DNA of 64,000 nucleotides, filler included, from Porpidia crustulata (Eukaryota), in NCBI GenBank assembly GCA_964255105.1. It is 4 parts of 4 records of this genome, joined end to end, with 100 filler letters (N's around TTAATTAATTAA, not from the genome) between each part and the next. Parts side by side here need not be neighbours in the genome. Positions count along the whole stretch, not along the records: positions 1 to 16,638 come from CAXUWE010000250.1; 3 more parts are not named here. One strand, written 5' to 3'. The notes below the pieces were generated by a model. The model did not search any database, was not told the DNA's origin, and was given only the letters and a program-made list of their open reading frames with translations. Positions 1 through 11,049 of the stretch are shown piece after piece. A program made the translations under genes and the position numbers. Numbering within the stretch: position 1 is the first letter of the stretch; the number at the start of each line of letters is the position of its first letter.

Positions 1-338
1 GTATGCTGGGGTTGTACTAATTGCTCGAGGCAGTAATGAAGGATTGCTGAACAGCCTCCCGTCGCCCATGGCATGCGGTATTCGAGCTACAACGTGGGCA
101 ACAATCTACTTGCCAAGATTTCGAGCATCGTTAATTGCAAGGCTCCTGTACATTTTAAGAGCAGTGGCAACGTTACAGAGATCATGTTTTCTATTATCGT
201 GGTATTCTGGAGTCCATTACATTTGAAAGAGTAAACCAGCACGATGACTATCTGTAGGTATGACAAGCCCCGGGTCTGCTACTCATCACGAGAAAAGGCC
301 TGTAACATCTGTGGTTTGAGAGGCGGAGTAAGCGGTAT

Positions 339-2219
339 CTATTTTCGATACTGATATGAAGAGGTGAAGTCATCCAAATCCACCGGACCGGTCGAACCTG
401 CCAGCGTTAGACTTTGCGTTTTCACATTATACAGAGCACTGCCTTGATTTTATATGAAACTCACCATATGGATATTCTGCTGGTCTGATTTCTTGATGCT
501 CATCTAGATACTTTAAAAGCGGAGTAAAGATCCTCCAGCTGGCTTCTAATTCCTCCTTACGAACAGATTGGGAATAATCGCCTTTTAGAGCATCAAGTAT
601 CAGAGTCTCATACGCTTCTGGCATGTGCGCTTCGAGATCAAGGCCATGGTAAGTGAGATCCAGATCAGTATACACGGTCTTGATGTCGAGCGCAGGGTAT
701 TTGGAATTCATCATTAAATGTACTCCCTCATTTGGCTGTACACGTATGATCAGCTCATTGTGATTTGTTTGGCTGAAAATGGCAGCCGTAGTATCTTTGT
801 ACTGTATTCGAATTTCTGTTTTTGATTCATTCAGCGCTATTGCCTGGTCAGCAGATCTTTATGCACAGACTGATTGGAAAGGGAACACCTTTGGCAGCCT
901 TGAAAATGAACGGCACTCCATCCCATCGTTGGCTATTAACGTAAGCAATGGCAGAGCAAAACGTGGCGCACCGTGATTCTTCAGGTACTGAATCATCGTC
1001 TTTGTATCCGGGTTTCTCTCCATCTGTTGACTTGCCGTATTGACCAAGGATGGTGTTTTTAAATTCGATAGGTGATATCAGTCGGAGCACGCGCACCTTA
1101 AATTTCTTCAGCATTGCAATATTTTTGGCAGGATAGCGAATGTACCTTTTCATGACAGATATCCGCTGCAGCGAATGAAATGGGCCGTTCCATAGTCATC
1201 AAAGCTAAGAGCTGGAGGAGATCTCATGTTCAAGTAAGCCAATTTGACTCGCTAGATGAAATCTGGTGACTGACGATTTTGCATAATATCACGGATAATG
1301 CCAACATCATCGAAATAGCCCCCTCTTCCTTCAGTTCCAGTGTTTTCTGTCATCGTGATCTAGCCTAGTCAGACAAGATTGCAATGCGGACCTATGTTGG
1401 AGAATGCACAGACTTGTACGTTGTCAATGTTATCACAGTTCCAGCCAGCTCCAAACATTGGGTTTCCAAATCTAAGAACTAGAAGGTTCTTTACCATCTC
1501 CTTTCCTAGATAGTGATCAACACGGAACATCTCATCCTCACTCCAATTAGCCTGCATAGCCGTCTGCAATTCTTCGAAGCTTTCAAGGTCTCTCCCGAAC
1601 GGTTTCTCAACCTAAACATACCATATGTAAGCTCACTCACATTTACATGTCTCGAATTATACACTGACTATAATTCGAGAAGTCCCATTACTTGAATAGC
1701 AATTTCTCCTCAATTGCTCGGATACCGCGACGTAAGCCTTGGGTGGGAGTGCCATGTAGAACATACGATCCTGGTCATAAACGCTTCCCAGTTCATTCAT
1801 GAGTTCATGAAGTTTGATAAATGACTGGTCCCCGTCGCTATCGTTGCAGATATAAGTACATCGATTACAGAATCCTTCGAGGCTCTGCTCCATATGCTCC
1901 GATGATGTGGCGATACAGGACCTAACTATTTCAATATGCTGATCATAGCTTATTTGGGCCGGATCGAAGCCAACAATCTTGAAGCTGTCAGGCAATAAGC
2001 CTTGCAAGTGCTATTACACAAGATTAGAGTTGTTGTAAGAGAATACTTGTATTGATACCACTTGCAAGATGGAAAAGGGCAGGATACTGCGGTATTGGTC
2101 AGCCATGCATTCGAGACATTGACATCGCACGAGCGAACAAGTTTCTTCCTTGCTAAATCGCCTGAGGCGCCTAATAGCACGATGACCGTGTTATCCTTGA
2201 TGCGAGTGGTTTCAGCCAT
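339..2219 (-). CDS. zwf1: Glucose-6-phosphate 1-dehydrogenase, divergent, multi-exon
   Basis: Spliced motifs [17 protein letters not shown] (21-nt exon 2086-2066), [87 protein letters not shown] at 2219; last exon [19 protein letters not shown] ends at TAG 341-339. May be a paralog rather than the true ortholog. Confidence 0.92.
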
Positions 2220-2618
2220 TTCTGAAGAATATGCTGTGTCATGCAAAAACAATAGCGTAGAGTAAGAAAAGTTATGAAGCTGCTATTCAATGCCGGGCTT
2301 TTCATAAGGGAATTGATGATGGCAAAACGAGTGACGTCAGAATATAATTTCAATGCCGGCAAGGTACCTGATACAAAACGCCGACGTCACAGCGCCAATA
2401 CCACGGTAAAGGTCCGAGCCTGCCTTACCTAACATTGAATGCGTAGCACCTAATTGTAAGCGCGGAACACAACATATGTGACAAGGTATCGAAACGCACG
2501 CTGTACTTCCTCCTTTTCCTATCTGGTCAAAGTGATTCAGCACACAATTGCTGAGCAGAGATCAGAACCCGCTCTTAGGCAGAACCCTACTGTGTGCTGC
2601 TACTATCAGCGAAGCTCT

Positions 2619-3679
2619 TCACCACGCACCTATTCGCAAAGTCTCGTGGTTGATGAATTCGTGTATGTAATTGAAGTAATTTGGCTCCGCGACAGTATTG
2701 TTGTGGGATCCATTAGGTATCGCTTTCCAAATCTTTGTGCTGCTACGACAGACCGAATACAGTTGCCGCATATGTGATGGACTATAGCAGCGGATTAGTG
2801 GAATAAGGTTGAGTTCAAGTGACAGTGGTTGGAGGCTTACGGGACTATCTCATCCTTCAGCCCGCTTATAAATAGGATAGGGATATCAGTGATCCGTGGA
2901 ATAGTATCCTCACTTGGCCAGTACTGATGGCAGAGTGGAGCTAAGTACTTGGCAGGCGGAAACGCACTTGAACGTTCGGTCCGTCAGTAGAATCTTGCGG
3001 TGGAAGAAAGCAGTATATACCTCGGAATCAACTTTCGTATCGAAGTAAATGTATTCTCCAGGATCAGACCCACAACGTCTCCGACTTCATGATTGTTCGC
3101 TACAAGTTGAATTGAAACGGCACCACCTAGGCTCTGACCGAAGACAATAATCTTTCCGCCGCGGGTTTCTTTGTCCTGGCGTATGTAGTCAAGGCCTGTT
3201 TGAGCATCAATCATTAGCCCCTCTTCGTTGGGGGTCCCGGTAGATAGTCCATAGCCTCTATACTCCAGCATCAGAACATTGCAGCCAATATGTTCCTGGA
3301 GAACCTTGGCAATTGGAACTCGATGTCCAATGTTCCCAGCATTACCATGAAACATCAGAATGGTGCAACTCTTATTGGTACGCTGCTTTGAGGCACGGAT
3401 GAAGAAAGCACTCAGCGTCTCTCCATCTGGGGTTGGAATTCTGAGGTCCTCGTAATCTGCAATTCCAAATTGATTGGGCCGGGATACGCCTTCTTCGTTC
3501 CTCGATCCTATTGGTATATTACGCGGGTATATGAGCTCACTACCGCAACGATTAACACCATCATTATAATTGACTACGTAGACCTACTTCTGCTTGAAGT
3601 ACAAAATTCCGCTGGCGAGTGCGGCTATAGCGGACGATGCCAATACGGGGAGCCGCAAGTAGGAGAATATAGTAGCCAT
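2619..3679 (-). CDS. bem46: BEM46/ABHD13-family alpha/beta hydrolase, multi-exon
   Basis: N-terminal hydrophobic anchor (MATIFSYLRLPVLASSAIAALASGILYFKQ), FHGNAGNIGHR, LEYRGYGLSTGTP, nucleophile motif GQSLGG, ILENTFTSI, GLKDEIVP, C-terminal GSHNNT; stop TGA 2621-2619. Confidence 0.88.
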
Positions 3680-4702
3680 GCTGACCCAGGAAATAGGGAT
3701 TCCTCCACTCCAAGACCGCTAGAGAAGCCAGCTTGTTCGTGAAGAACTAATACAGAGTCTCGATTTTAATTATACGATGTAAGTCCAACTTTGTGAAAGC
3801 CGAAGGGAAGATACTCAGTCGAGGCTTAGAAGACGTGACATTACGGCCTTAGAATCAAAGCTTGAGAATACGACGGCATCTTGTGAGAGTATCAATCACA
3901 ACATAATCAAGTGTTAGAGTTTTGGACAGTGTATGGAGATGTTCTGGGCCTTAATATCAAAATGGAGTAGTGCAATGTTGATAATTTGAGGTCCAAATAT
4001 GAACATTACGGCGCTAATTTAGTGTTGAACGTCCACGAGATTTCCATACAATTGCTCCTACGCCCCTTCCGCCATAGTAGATATCTACAGTGTATCAAGG
4101 CTGCTCAGTCCTCAGAAATACGATGTATCCTAGATCAAGACTTGAGCTCTATTTTCTTTCTCCACTATATTTGTTCCCACAAAGTGTTGACCTCTCACGT
4201 TAAAGTCTGCGTCAAAGCTCGAACAAACCGTACCCAACTAATTATATTTTCAATCTGGAAGATTTGACACGAAGACTTTGAACAAACTTCCAAAGATCCT
4301 GAAACCGGTGTTGTACATAAAGTATAGCCTTAATGGGGGGACAACTCTCATCTGCCTCGAAAATAGCGCGCTTCGCCCAGCTTACCATCATCTCAGCAAA
4401 ACAAGACAAAGATTGAACGCAGTAGCGACACCATGTGAAGGTTGTAGATAAAACAGAAAGCAGGTCTCAGGTGTTTATCTTCATCTTCGTCGAAAAGCCG
4501 TCGCCTCTGCAGGACCTTGGAATACGAAGGGGTCAGTCTCTATTTCGGCGTTGGGCAATGGCAGTGTCTAAACCGTGGAATGGCGGAATTAGGATACGTC
4601 AAGGTCGGCGAAGGCCAAAGATCTCGTTGCTGATGATTTTTGTCAAGAAGAAGGGGAAAGAAAAAAGCCTCATCATCGATGTGAATAGTATCGTCAACTT
4701 CG

Positions 4703-4745
4703 TTGCTAAGAAGTCGGAAACTGGGGCCGTTCGACTTCTTAGCAA
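4703..4745. repeat. Perfect 14-bp inverted repeat (hairpin) with 15-nt spacer
   Basis: TTGCTAAGAAGTCG (4703-4716) is the exact reverse complement of CGACTTCTTAGCAA (4732-4745). Confidence 0.9.
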
Positions 4746-5087
4746 TGCAATTCCCGACTCTACCCTTGACAATTATGTGTTATAATTTGATTTTCAGTAT
4801 TACATTCATTTTGCTGCTCTTTCCCGTCTAGTGGACGCCGCTGCAGTGGTTTTCTCGACCAAAACCTGTCAATAGGCTTCATCATTGTGGCGTTGATTTT
4901 TTACTACCTAGCAGCTGTGAAGTATGCTCAATGGTTTTTCCCCTTTCACATGGATTAATTTTGTTCCTTACGATATGCTCAACATCACTCTGCCTTCATT
5001 GTTCAAAATCGCGGAATTCATCTTGCTCTGCGTGAATTCTTCTGCGAATCCTGCCTATGTCTTAAGCCCATGCATCTTTTTTTAGGC

Positions 5088-6293
5088 TCCACCCAGAAAG
5101 TGCAATTATTGAAATGTTTTCTTACCACAAACAAAAACATCATTCCACCGGGAACTTTTGTACCCTTCGGCTCTCAAACTATCAGAAGGTACGACTACAA
5201 GATTGAGGCATAAGACTAGGACGACGACAATCTGCAAACCTTGACAAGGGTGCCTGAGAATTCTCACCAGGAAAAAAAGGCAAAGAAGCCGCGTCAATGG
5301 ACAAGACGTTCCGAGGACAGTTTCTTTCAATCCATAATCCCTGCTTTCGATCACCACAGTGCTCACTCAAAGATTCCCAAGTCTCGGGGGACTACTGGAA
5401 ACGCCAAAGACTATGGAACAGATCAGGGATCTCAAGGAAGTAGCAAATCTATGGACGAGGGTCCAAAGGCTCAGCAGCCACAAGGAAAAGGCAAACAAGC
5501 AGACGATGGTGGAAAGCCTCGTAACTCTGGAAAGAGCAGTACATACGCAGATCAGCATCGAGACTTTGTAATGCCGGGCTCAAAGTCGCAATCAACAAAG
5601 AAAGAAAAGAGCAGTAAGCAATCACCAGGCCTAGATAAGGTAGACTCAAGAGCTTTGGAGGAAGGTGAAGACATGCTAAATGATTGCCAGATAATAAAGG
5701 ATTCCGAAAATTTACCCGCCAATGGCAAAGGAAAGGGCAAAGGAAGGTCGAAGGAGGCTCATGCCGTCAAGCACCAAGAGGAGGATGAGGAACTTGACCC
5801 TTGCACCCAAGACGACCTCGCTGAAATACAGGATAAGGAACCTTCGAGACGCGGAGATTCTAGGAATTTGACGATCAATCATGACCGCATTTCCAATGAA
5901 GGTTCTGGCAGCGACGAGGCTACTCGAGAGGGATCTCCCGGAGGTAACATTGCTGGAGAGGACTTGCGTGAGGACAACAGCAGTGGTGAGCGGTCTGGCA
6001 TGGGGAAATCTGAAAGGGGCTCACCTGACAGGAAAGTACCCAAGGGACTTAAATCAAAGAAGCACGGCTCAAAGCCACAGAAACCCAGTGAGGCACAGGG
6101 TATTCAGGAGCCTTCCATCGAAATGAACGTGCAGGAGATGGCAGAACGATACAATGTTTCTACTGGAGAGCGGGTTCAGAACGTGGACCTGCAGACTGCT
6201 GTGAAAGACTATGGCGATCTTCTTCCTCAGCAGGCCGCGAAGCCCCCAAAAGCCTCGAAGCGACCAAAGAAAGTAAAGTTGGAGGAGGAATGA
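5088..6293 (+). pseudogene. Orphan low-complexity charged (K/E/D/S/G-rich) protein; in-frame stops near 5' end; pseudogene or truncated gene
   Basis: 350-aa ORF 5241-6293 with no recognisable domain. The same frame continues upstream to about 5088 (after a T-rich tract ending in AG at 5085) but contains TAA 5211 and TAG 5217 (YKIEA*D*DDDNL). Confidence 0.5.
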
Positions 6294-6494
6294 TTGTATG
6301 CAGATACAATCCCATACTTCAGGTGGGACTGGCTGGTGGTTCGATGTAGTGATTTCCTGGCATCCAAAATGTACGATTAGACCTTAGATAAGTTTCGGTT
6401 TTATGATGCCATATCCTGAGAAGTCCAATGTTCCCAAAACGGCGATCAGGCTACAAGATTTTTTATCGATTATTCATGGCGCTGAATCCGTCTA

Positions 6495-8630
6495 GCTGAC
6501 GTGAAGGCTTCCCAAGAATCCCGCCGGGTTCCCAGCATTCGTATTCACGAGACACGAGCGACGAAGAGATACACGTGAGATTTTCCAATATCTTGCTACT
6601 CCGTGTCACTCGACCGGACATCTGATAGGACTCTTTAGGAGAACTCGCTGCAAATTCACGGTTGGTATTCGGCCTATTCTCTCGACGCTGCAGCTGATGT
6701 GACTGAAGCTCTGGCCGAATTGGTTCAAAGTCAACCACCTCGGTGGAGAAGGCTTATCGAAATTTCCGAGATTGGTGCACTTACTACTGTAGTTTGCAGA
6801 TCGCAGCATATATATTCACGTTGGATATCTATTGAGTCCTAATATCTTCCTTTCCCTTAATAATTGTTTAGCTGGGGGAGTGGTTTTGCCTTCACTCTGG
6901 AATCATTCATTGGATTTGGTAAGTGATGGTATATAGGCACTCAACTTATATATACTAAGTGCGGTCTTGCTACCATAGGACTTTCGGAATTTCGTTACCA
7001 TCTTCTCATACTACCAAATCAAAATTGGCCGCCGATGTCCAATCGAAGGCGTCGTTCCTTTCCACAATAAGTGCTTGTCACATCTGACGCTACATTAGCA
7101 TCAACTAGACTATTTGCCCTGCCGAAAACGGCGAAAGGATACAGCTTGGTACAAGAATGGACCGTGCCGAGGTCGAGGCCGAGCGTGAGAGGTAAGTCCT
7201 CCCTCCTCAAGCAGTACCACAATTTGTAATGTTCTCCAGACGACGTGCTCTGCAAAGCCGCATGAGAAGATTATCTCCGCTACGTAAACTTGGAAAAGTT
7301 AGATTCTCAGAGGATAGCCATGGAGTTTACAACCGCTTCGACGGCGCCGATCAGACTTCTGATGATGAAACAGAAGATGATTATGTAACAGAAGATTTTT
7401 ATACTCCTAGGTTTACGGACAAAACGGAACATCGCCATGGAGTTCGTTCCACCTCTGATGGCGCCGATGACGTTTTCGAGAATGAAACAGAAGACGATTA
7501 TCTTCCTACACCTAAGCCTAACATGAGAACAAGCGATGATTCAAGACACAAATTCGACAAGGACGACGTTGAGAACGATCCTCCGAAACGGGCCAAGAAA
7601 GAACGCCCCCTGAGGGATTATCCCGGAGCCAAAAGCGAGATCGAATCATCGGATAGAGGGTTTTCCGAACGCTCCGAGCCTAATACGGAGGAGCTTATGA
7701 ACAGACATCATGAGATGGACAAACGTGAAGAGCAATAGCAAGATAAGAGATATGATGGCAATTACCATAATTGGGAAGATTTTACTCACCACAGAATTAT
7801 TTACAAGAAGTCAAGCGATGCAGCTCACAACAAACAGAGCCACGAGCGCGACGTGCATCATGTGGAAAGCTGTCATAAGGAAATGCGCGGACGGTCTGCG
7901 GAAGATAGACGTCCTGTAGCTAGCAGTCCAGCCACGTATCCTCCAGCCGGCTTTGCCTCAGTCGCACATCCTCCAGAGACAGATCATTGAAGGTATCCTT
8001 CAACCGCGTATCCTCTAGAGACAAAATCTTCAGTAAGGTGTCAACCAGAGAGGTATCCTCCAGCCGCGTATCCTTCCGAGACATATCGTAAAGACCAGTA
8101 TTCGTCACTGAATTATCCTCCAGATAGGATTCCTTTAAACAGGGAGCCTGCATACGGACGTCCTCCAGACACGTCTTCCAGTAGCAATCATCGTGGTGCC
8201 AATCGATCTACGCAAAAGTCTACCAAAGCGGCGTGCGTGGACGAGCCCAACCCTGGTGCCCCACCCAGCTTTGCAGAGCAACACAAGCCTCCCAGACCCA
8301 AGGCTGCTTCTCCAAGGCGTCATCGCTCTTCTCACCATAGGCATCATAGAAGATCTGCCGGCGACGCTGAGCGAGAGAGAGGATCAAGGGAGGCAACGGA
8401 GAACGACAAAAAACGCCATAAGAAAGGTAGGAAACAAGGCAAGCCACGCAGATCTTTGCATATCAGAAGCGATAAAAGTACCCGTGGCGACACAAAGCCT
8501 TGCCTTTCAATCCATTTGGGGGATTGGGCTCTGAGCTTTTGGCAATTTGGAGGTAGAGAGCGGATGTAATGGATCATGAAGGTTGCAGAAGGGTGGGCAG
8601 GCTAAGTATAACTTTCGGTCCATGTTCTTG
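6495..8630 (+). repeat. Copy 1 of diverged ~2.1-kb tandem duplication
   Basis: Colinear shared blocks with 8723-10745: GTGAAGGCTT.CCAAG, CCCGCCGGGTTC, ACACGAGCGA, ATCTTGCT, CTCTCGACGC, ATTCATTGGA.TTGGTA.GTGAT, TATATACT, and 3' blocks TCAAT.CATT.GGGG.ATT, GGA.GTAATGG.T.AT, GTTGCA.AA, TCGGTC.AT.TTCTT. Confidence 0.8.
7157..8569 (+). pseudogene. Orphan R/D/H/S-rich gene with YPP repeats; two in-frame stops (TAG 7736, TGA 7988)
   Basis: ATG 7157 exon (MDRAEVEAERE), canonical intron 7192-7239 (GTAAGT...CAG) splicing in frame to ORF 7229-7738. The same frame continues through two stops to TAA 8567-8569; ORF 8237-8569 is in this frame. Confidence 0.6.
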
Positions 8631-9390
8631 TGCATTAGATATCTTGATGGTGCCAACCTTTTCAAACCGATTGTGAGTAGTGGTATCATCTGCCACTATT
8701 TCACGGCGCTGATGCTGTCGAACTGAAGTGAAGGCTTTCCAAGCACCCAAGTACCCCGCCGGGTTCTTGCAGTGACATTTACGATACACGAGCGATGGAT
8801 ACATGTGTGACTTTACCAACATCTTGCTGCCCAGTGCACCGAGCCGTGTATAGACTTTAGCCGGGAAATCGCTGAGGAATCACGTCGATAGTTGCCCCTA
8901 TCTCTCGACGCCTTAGCCCAGGCAATGTGAATCCGAATTAGACTAGTTCGATGCCAAACGCCTCCGTGAAGGATACTTGATGGAATATCCAGTATTTGGG
9001 CGTTCCCTGCTGCCGCCGATGCTCTGCAGCACTACCCTTCACGCCAACAAGGTATTCATCATCAACCTAATACGTTCCTTCCCCTCCCCTCCCATTGGCG
9101 GGGCAAGTGTCTCTGCGTTCACTTTGAAATTAGCGTGAGATTCATTGGACTTGGTATGTGATTGAGCTTAGGCAGTCGATTTGTATATACTGACTGTGGA
9201 TTGAATAATTCCAAGACATTATTCTTACCATCTTTCCAAAGTATCAAACCACACCCATCTTCATCGACACTTGATGAAACCCGCCGTTCGTCCTCACGAG
9301 AAAGGCCGACTGCAGTCGATACTGGATCTTTGCATCCAATAGGTGCTGCGTCTCGCCAAAAAATACCAGTGAAATCAATCCAGCAAACAG

Positions 9391-10422
9391 ATGGACTTCC
9401 CCGGAGAAAAACGTCAATATTCTAGAGGCTCTGGCCCAATACGCCCGTTGGTATACATTCCAGACTGGGAATTACATCGACCCTCGGGTACGGATGAACA
9501 AGAGTTTGAAGACCCAAGCACCGACGCTGGCAATCTTACGAGCGGCCATGAAGACGTTCTGTCAGATGACAATTATGAATTGATTCATGTGATCCACGGG
9601 AAACGGCCCAAGCATAGTTCTCAGAAACGCCCTGAGAAACATCACCCCAGATCAGATTCTCGGGAATACTTTCGTCGGAGGAGATTTTCTTCTGAGAGCA
9701 TTAGTTCTGAGGTCGAGAAGGTCAGGAATCAGCATCATAGACGAGGGAATCCTGTGGAACGTCACTCCAGATCAGATCCTCGGGAATACTTTCGCCGAAG
9801 ATTTTCTTCTGAGAGCATTAGTTCTGAGATCGAAAAGGTCAGGAATCAGCATCATAGACGAAGGAGTCCTGTGGAACGGTATGACAACAGGAGATCTGAT
9901 CACGACTATTCTGACAGGGAGCGGTCCTCCCACGAGGATTATGGTCACCAGAGTTCTGGTGAGTTGAGCTACGGTGAACAGAGCTACGATGACGAGTTGG
10001 ATCGGGAAAAAAGCCGCCTTGACGAAGATAAAAGACGGTTCGAAAAGCATCAACAGTCTATTACAAAGAAACGCCGTGCAAAAAGGTTTTATCAAGATCA
10101 GTCTAGTCCAGAAAGGTCTTTCTCAGATAAACATGCTCCGCAAGAGTATTTTTCAGACGCCGAGGAAAGTCGTTCCGATAGATACCATCGGGCGGCGCGT
10201 TATCCAGAGAGGCATTCTCCAGTGAGGTACTATACACGGCAGAATTCCCCGGATAGGTATCGTTCAACCAGGGACCACCCGGGTAGATATTCTTCGCACA
10301 GACATCCTCGAACGAGGTCTCCCATTAGGGGTCATCGAGAAGCAAAGTGCACGATGCCGGAGTACTCCGATGAGGAATTCACGCACAAGCGTAATCCAAC
10401 TTACTCTTTCACTCGTAGCTAA
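9391..10422 (+). CDS. Orphan Arg/Ser/His/Asp-rich disordered protein, paralog of the 7157 gene; stop at 10420 may be premature
   Basis: 343-aa ATG-initiated ORF with an internal 40-aa duplication. Similarity to the copy-1 reading frame continues past the TAA (AKRGRASRA vs AERERGSRE). Confidence 0.6.
   Translation: MDFPGEKRQYSRGSGPIRPLVYIPDWELHRPSGTDEQEFEDPSTDAGNLTSGHEDVLSDDNYELIHVIHGKRPKHSSQKRPEKHHPRSDSREYFRRRRFSSESISSEVEKVRNQHHRRGNPVERHSRSDPREYFRRRFSSESISSEIEKVRNQHHRRRSPVERYDNRRSDHDYSDRERSSHEDYGHQSSGELSYGEQSYDDELDREKSRLDEDKRRFEKHQQSITKKRRAKRFYQDQSSPERSFSDKHAPQEYFSDAEESRSDRYHRAARYPERHSPVRYYTRQNSPDRYRSTRDHPGRYSSHRHPRTRSPIRGHREAKCTMPEYSDEEFTHKRNPTYSFTRS
9643..9879 (+). repeat. Near-identical internal direct repeat, 2 x ~120 bp (40/39 codons)
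   Basis: HPRSDSREYFRRRRFSSESISSEVEKVRNQHHRRGNPVER followed by HSRSDPREYFRRRFSSESISSEIEKVRNQHHRRRSPVER. Confidence 0.95.
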
Positions 10423-11049
10423 GACAGGAAATCGACACACTATGCCAAGCGAGGAAGAGCATCAAGAGCGGTTGGGTGAGACGACGAGACCAGCCGTAGG
10501 AGTAGCAAGGCGAGGCGAAGTGCTCGGGACGGAGTGAACCCGAGGCTATAGATATGCATTCGACGGAGGGAAAAGTGGGAGCAAGGCAGCCAAATCTTAT
10601 GGTTGGCCTAGGTTGATTCATCAATGCATTCGGGGCATTTGATATTCAACCTTGCGGCGATATGGGAGGGGGAAGGTGGACGTAATGGGTGATAATAGTT
10701 GCAAAAAGTTGGGTATGGCGTACCTAAATCTCGGTCAATATTCTTTCTACTCGTATACCTATCAGACTTTGGAATTTCGCATCAAACATGGCAGTCAAGA
10801 TCTCGATGAGTTAGATTCTCTGAGGCTTGTCTATATGGTTTGTGGAGTGCCGGGAGTCACCTGTATTGTACGCAATGTCGTGTAGAGTCATGCTATTTCA
10901 GGCATTTCATACAATATCATGTCATGGACTGATAAAAGACTCAGCAAGTAGTCACGTAGTAGAATTGTGTAAGATAGGCACAAGAGGTAGTCAGAGACCG
11001 TGGAAATCGCTTACAGTGGCATAGTGGTATTGAATCGCTAGCGCATTCG

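Larger units (their letters stand above)
8723..10745 (+). repeat. Copy 2 of diverged ~2.1-kb tandem duplication
   Basis: Same ordered blocks as copy 1, in both the upstream ~500 bp and the downstream ~150 bp. Confidence 0.8.

Noticed and set aside
7936..9879. Short repeats resembling a CRISPR-like array
   Set aside because: Eukaryotic context; repeats are degenerate, codon-phased and lack unique constant-length spacers.
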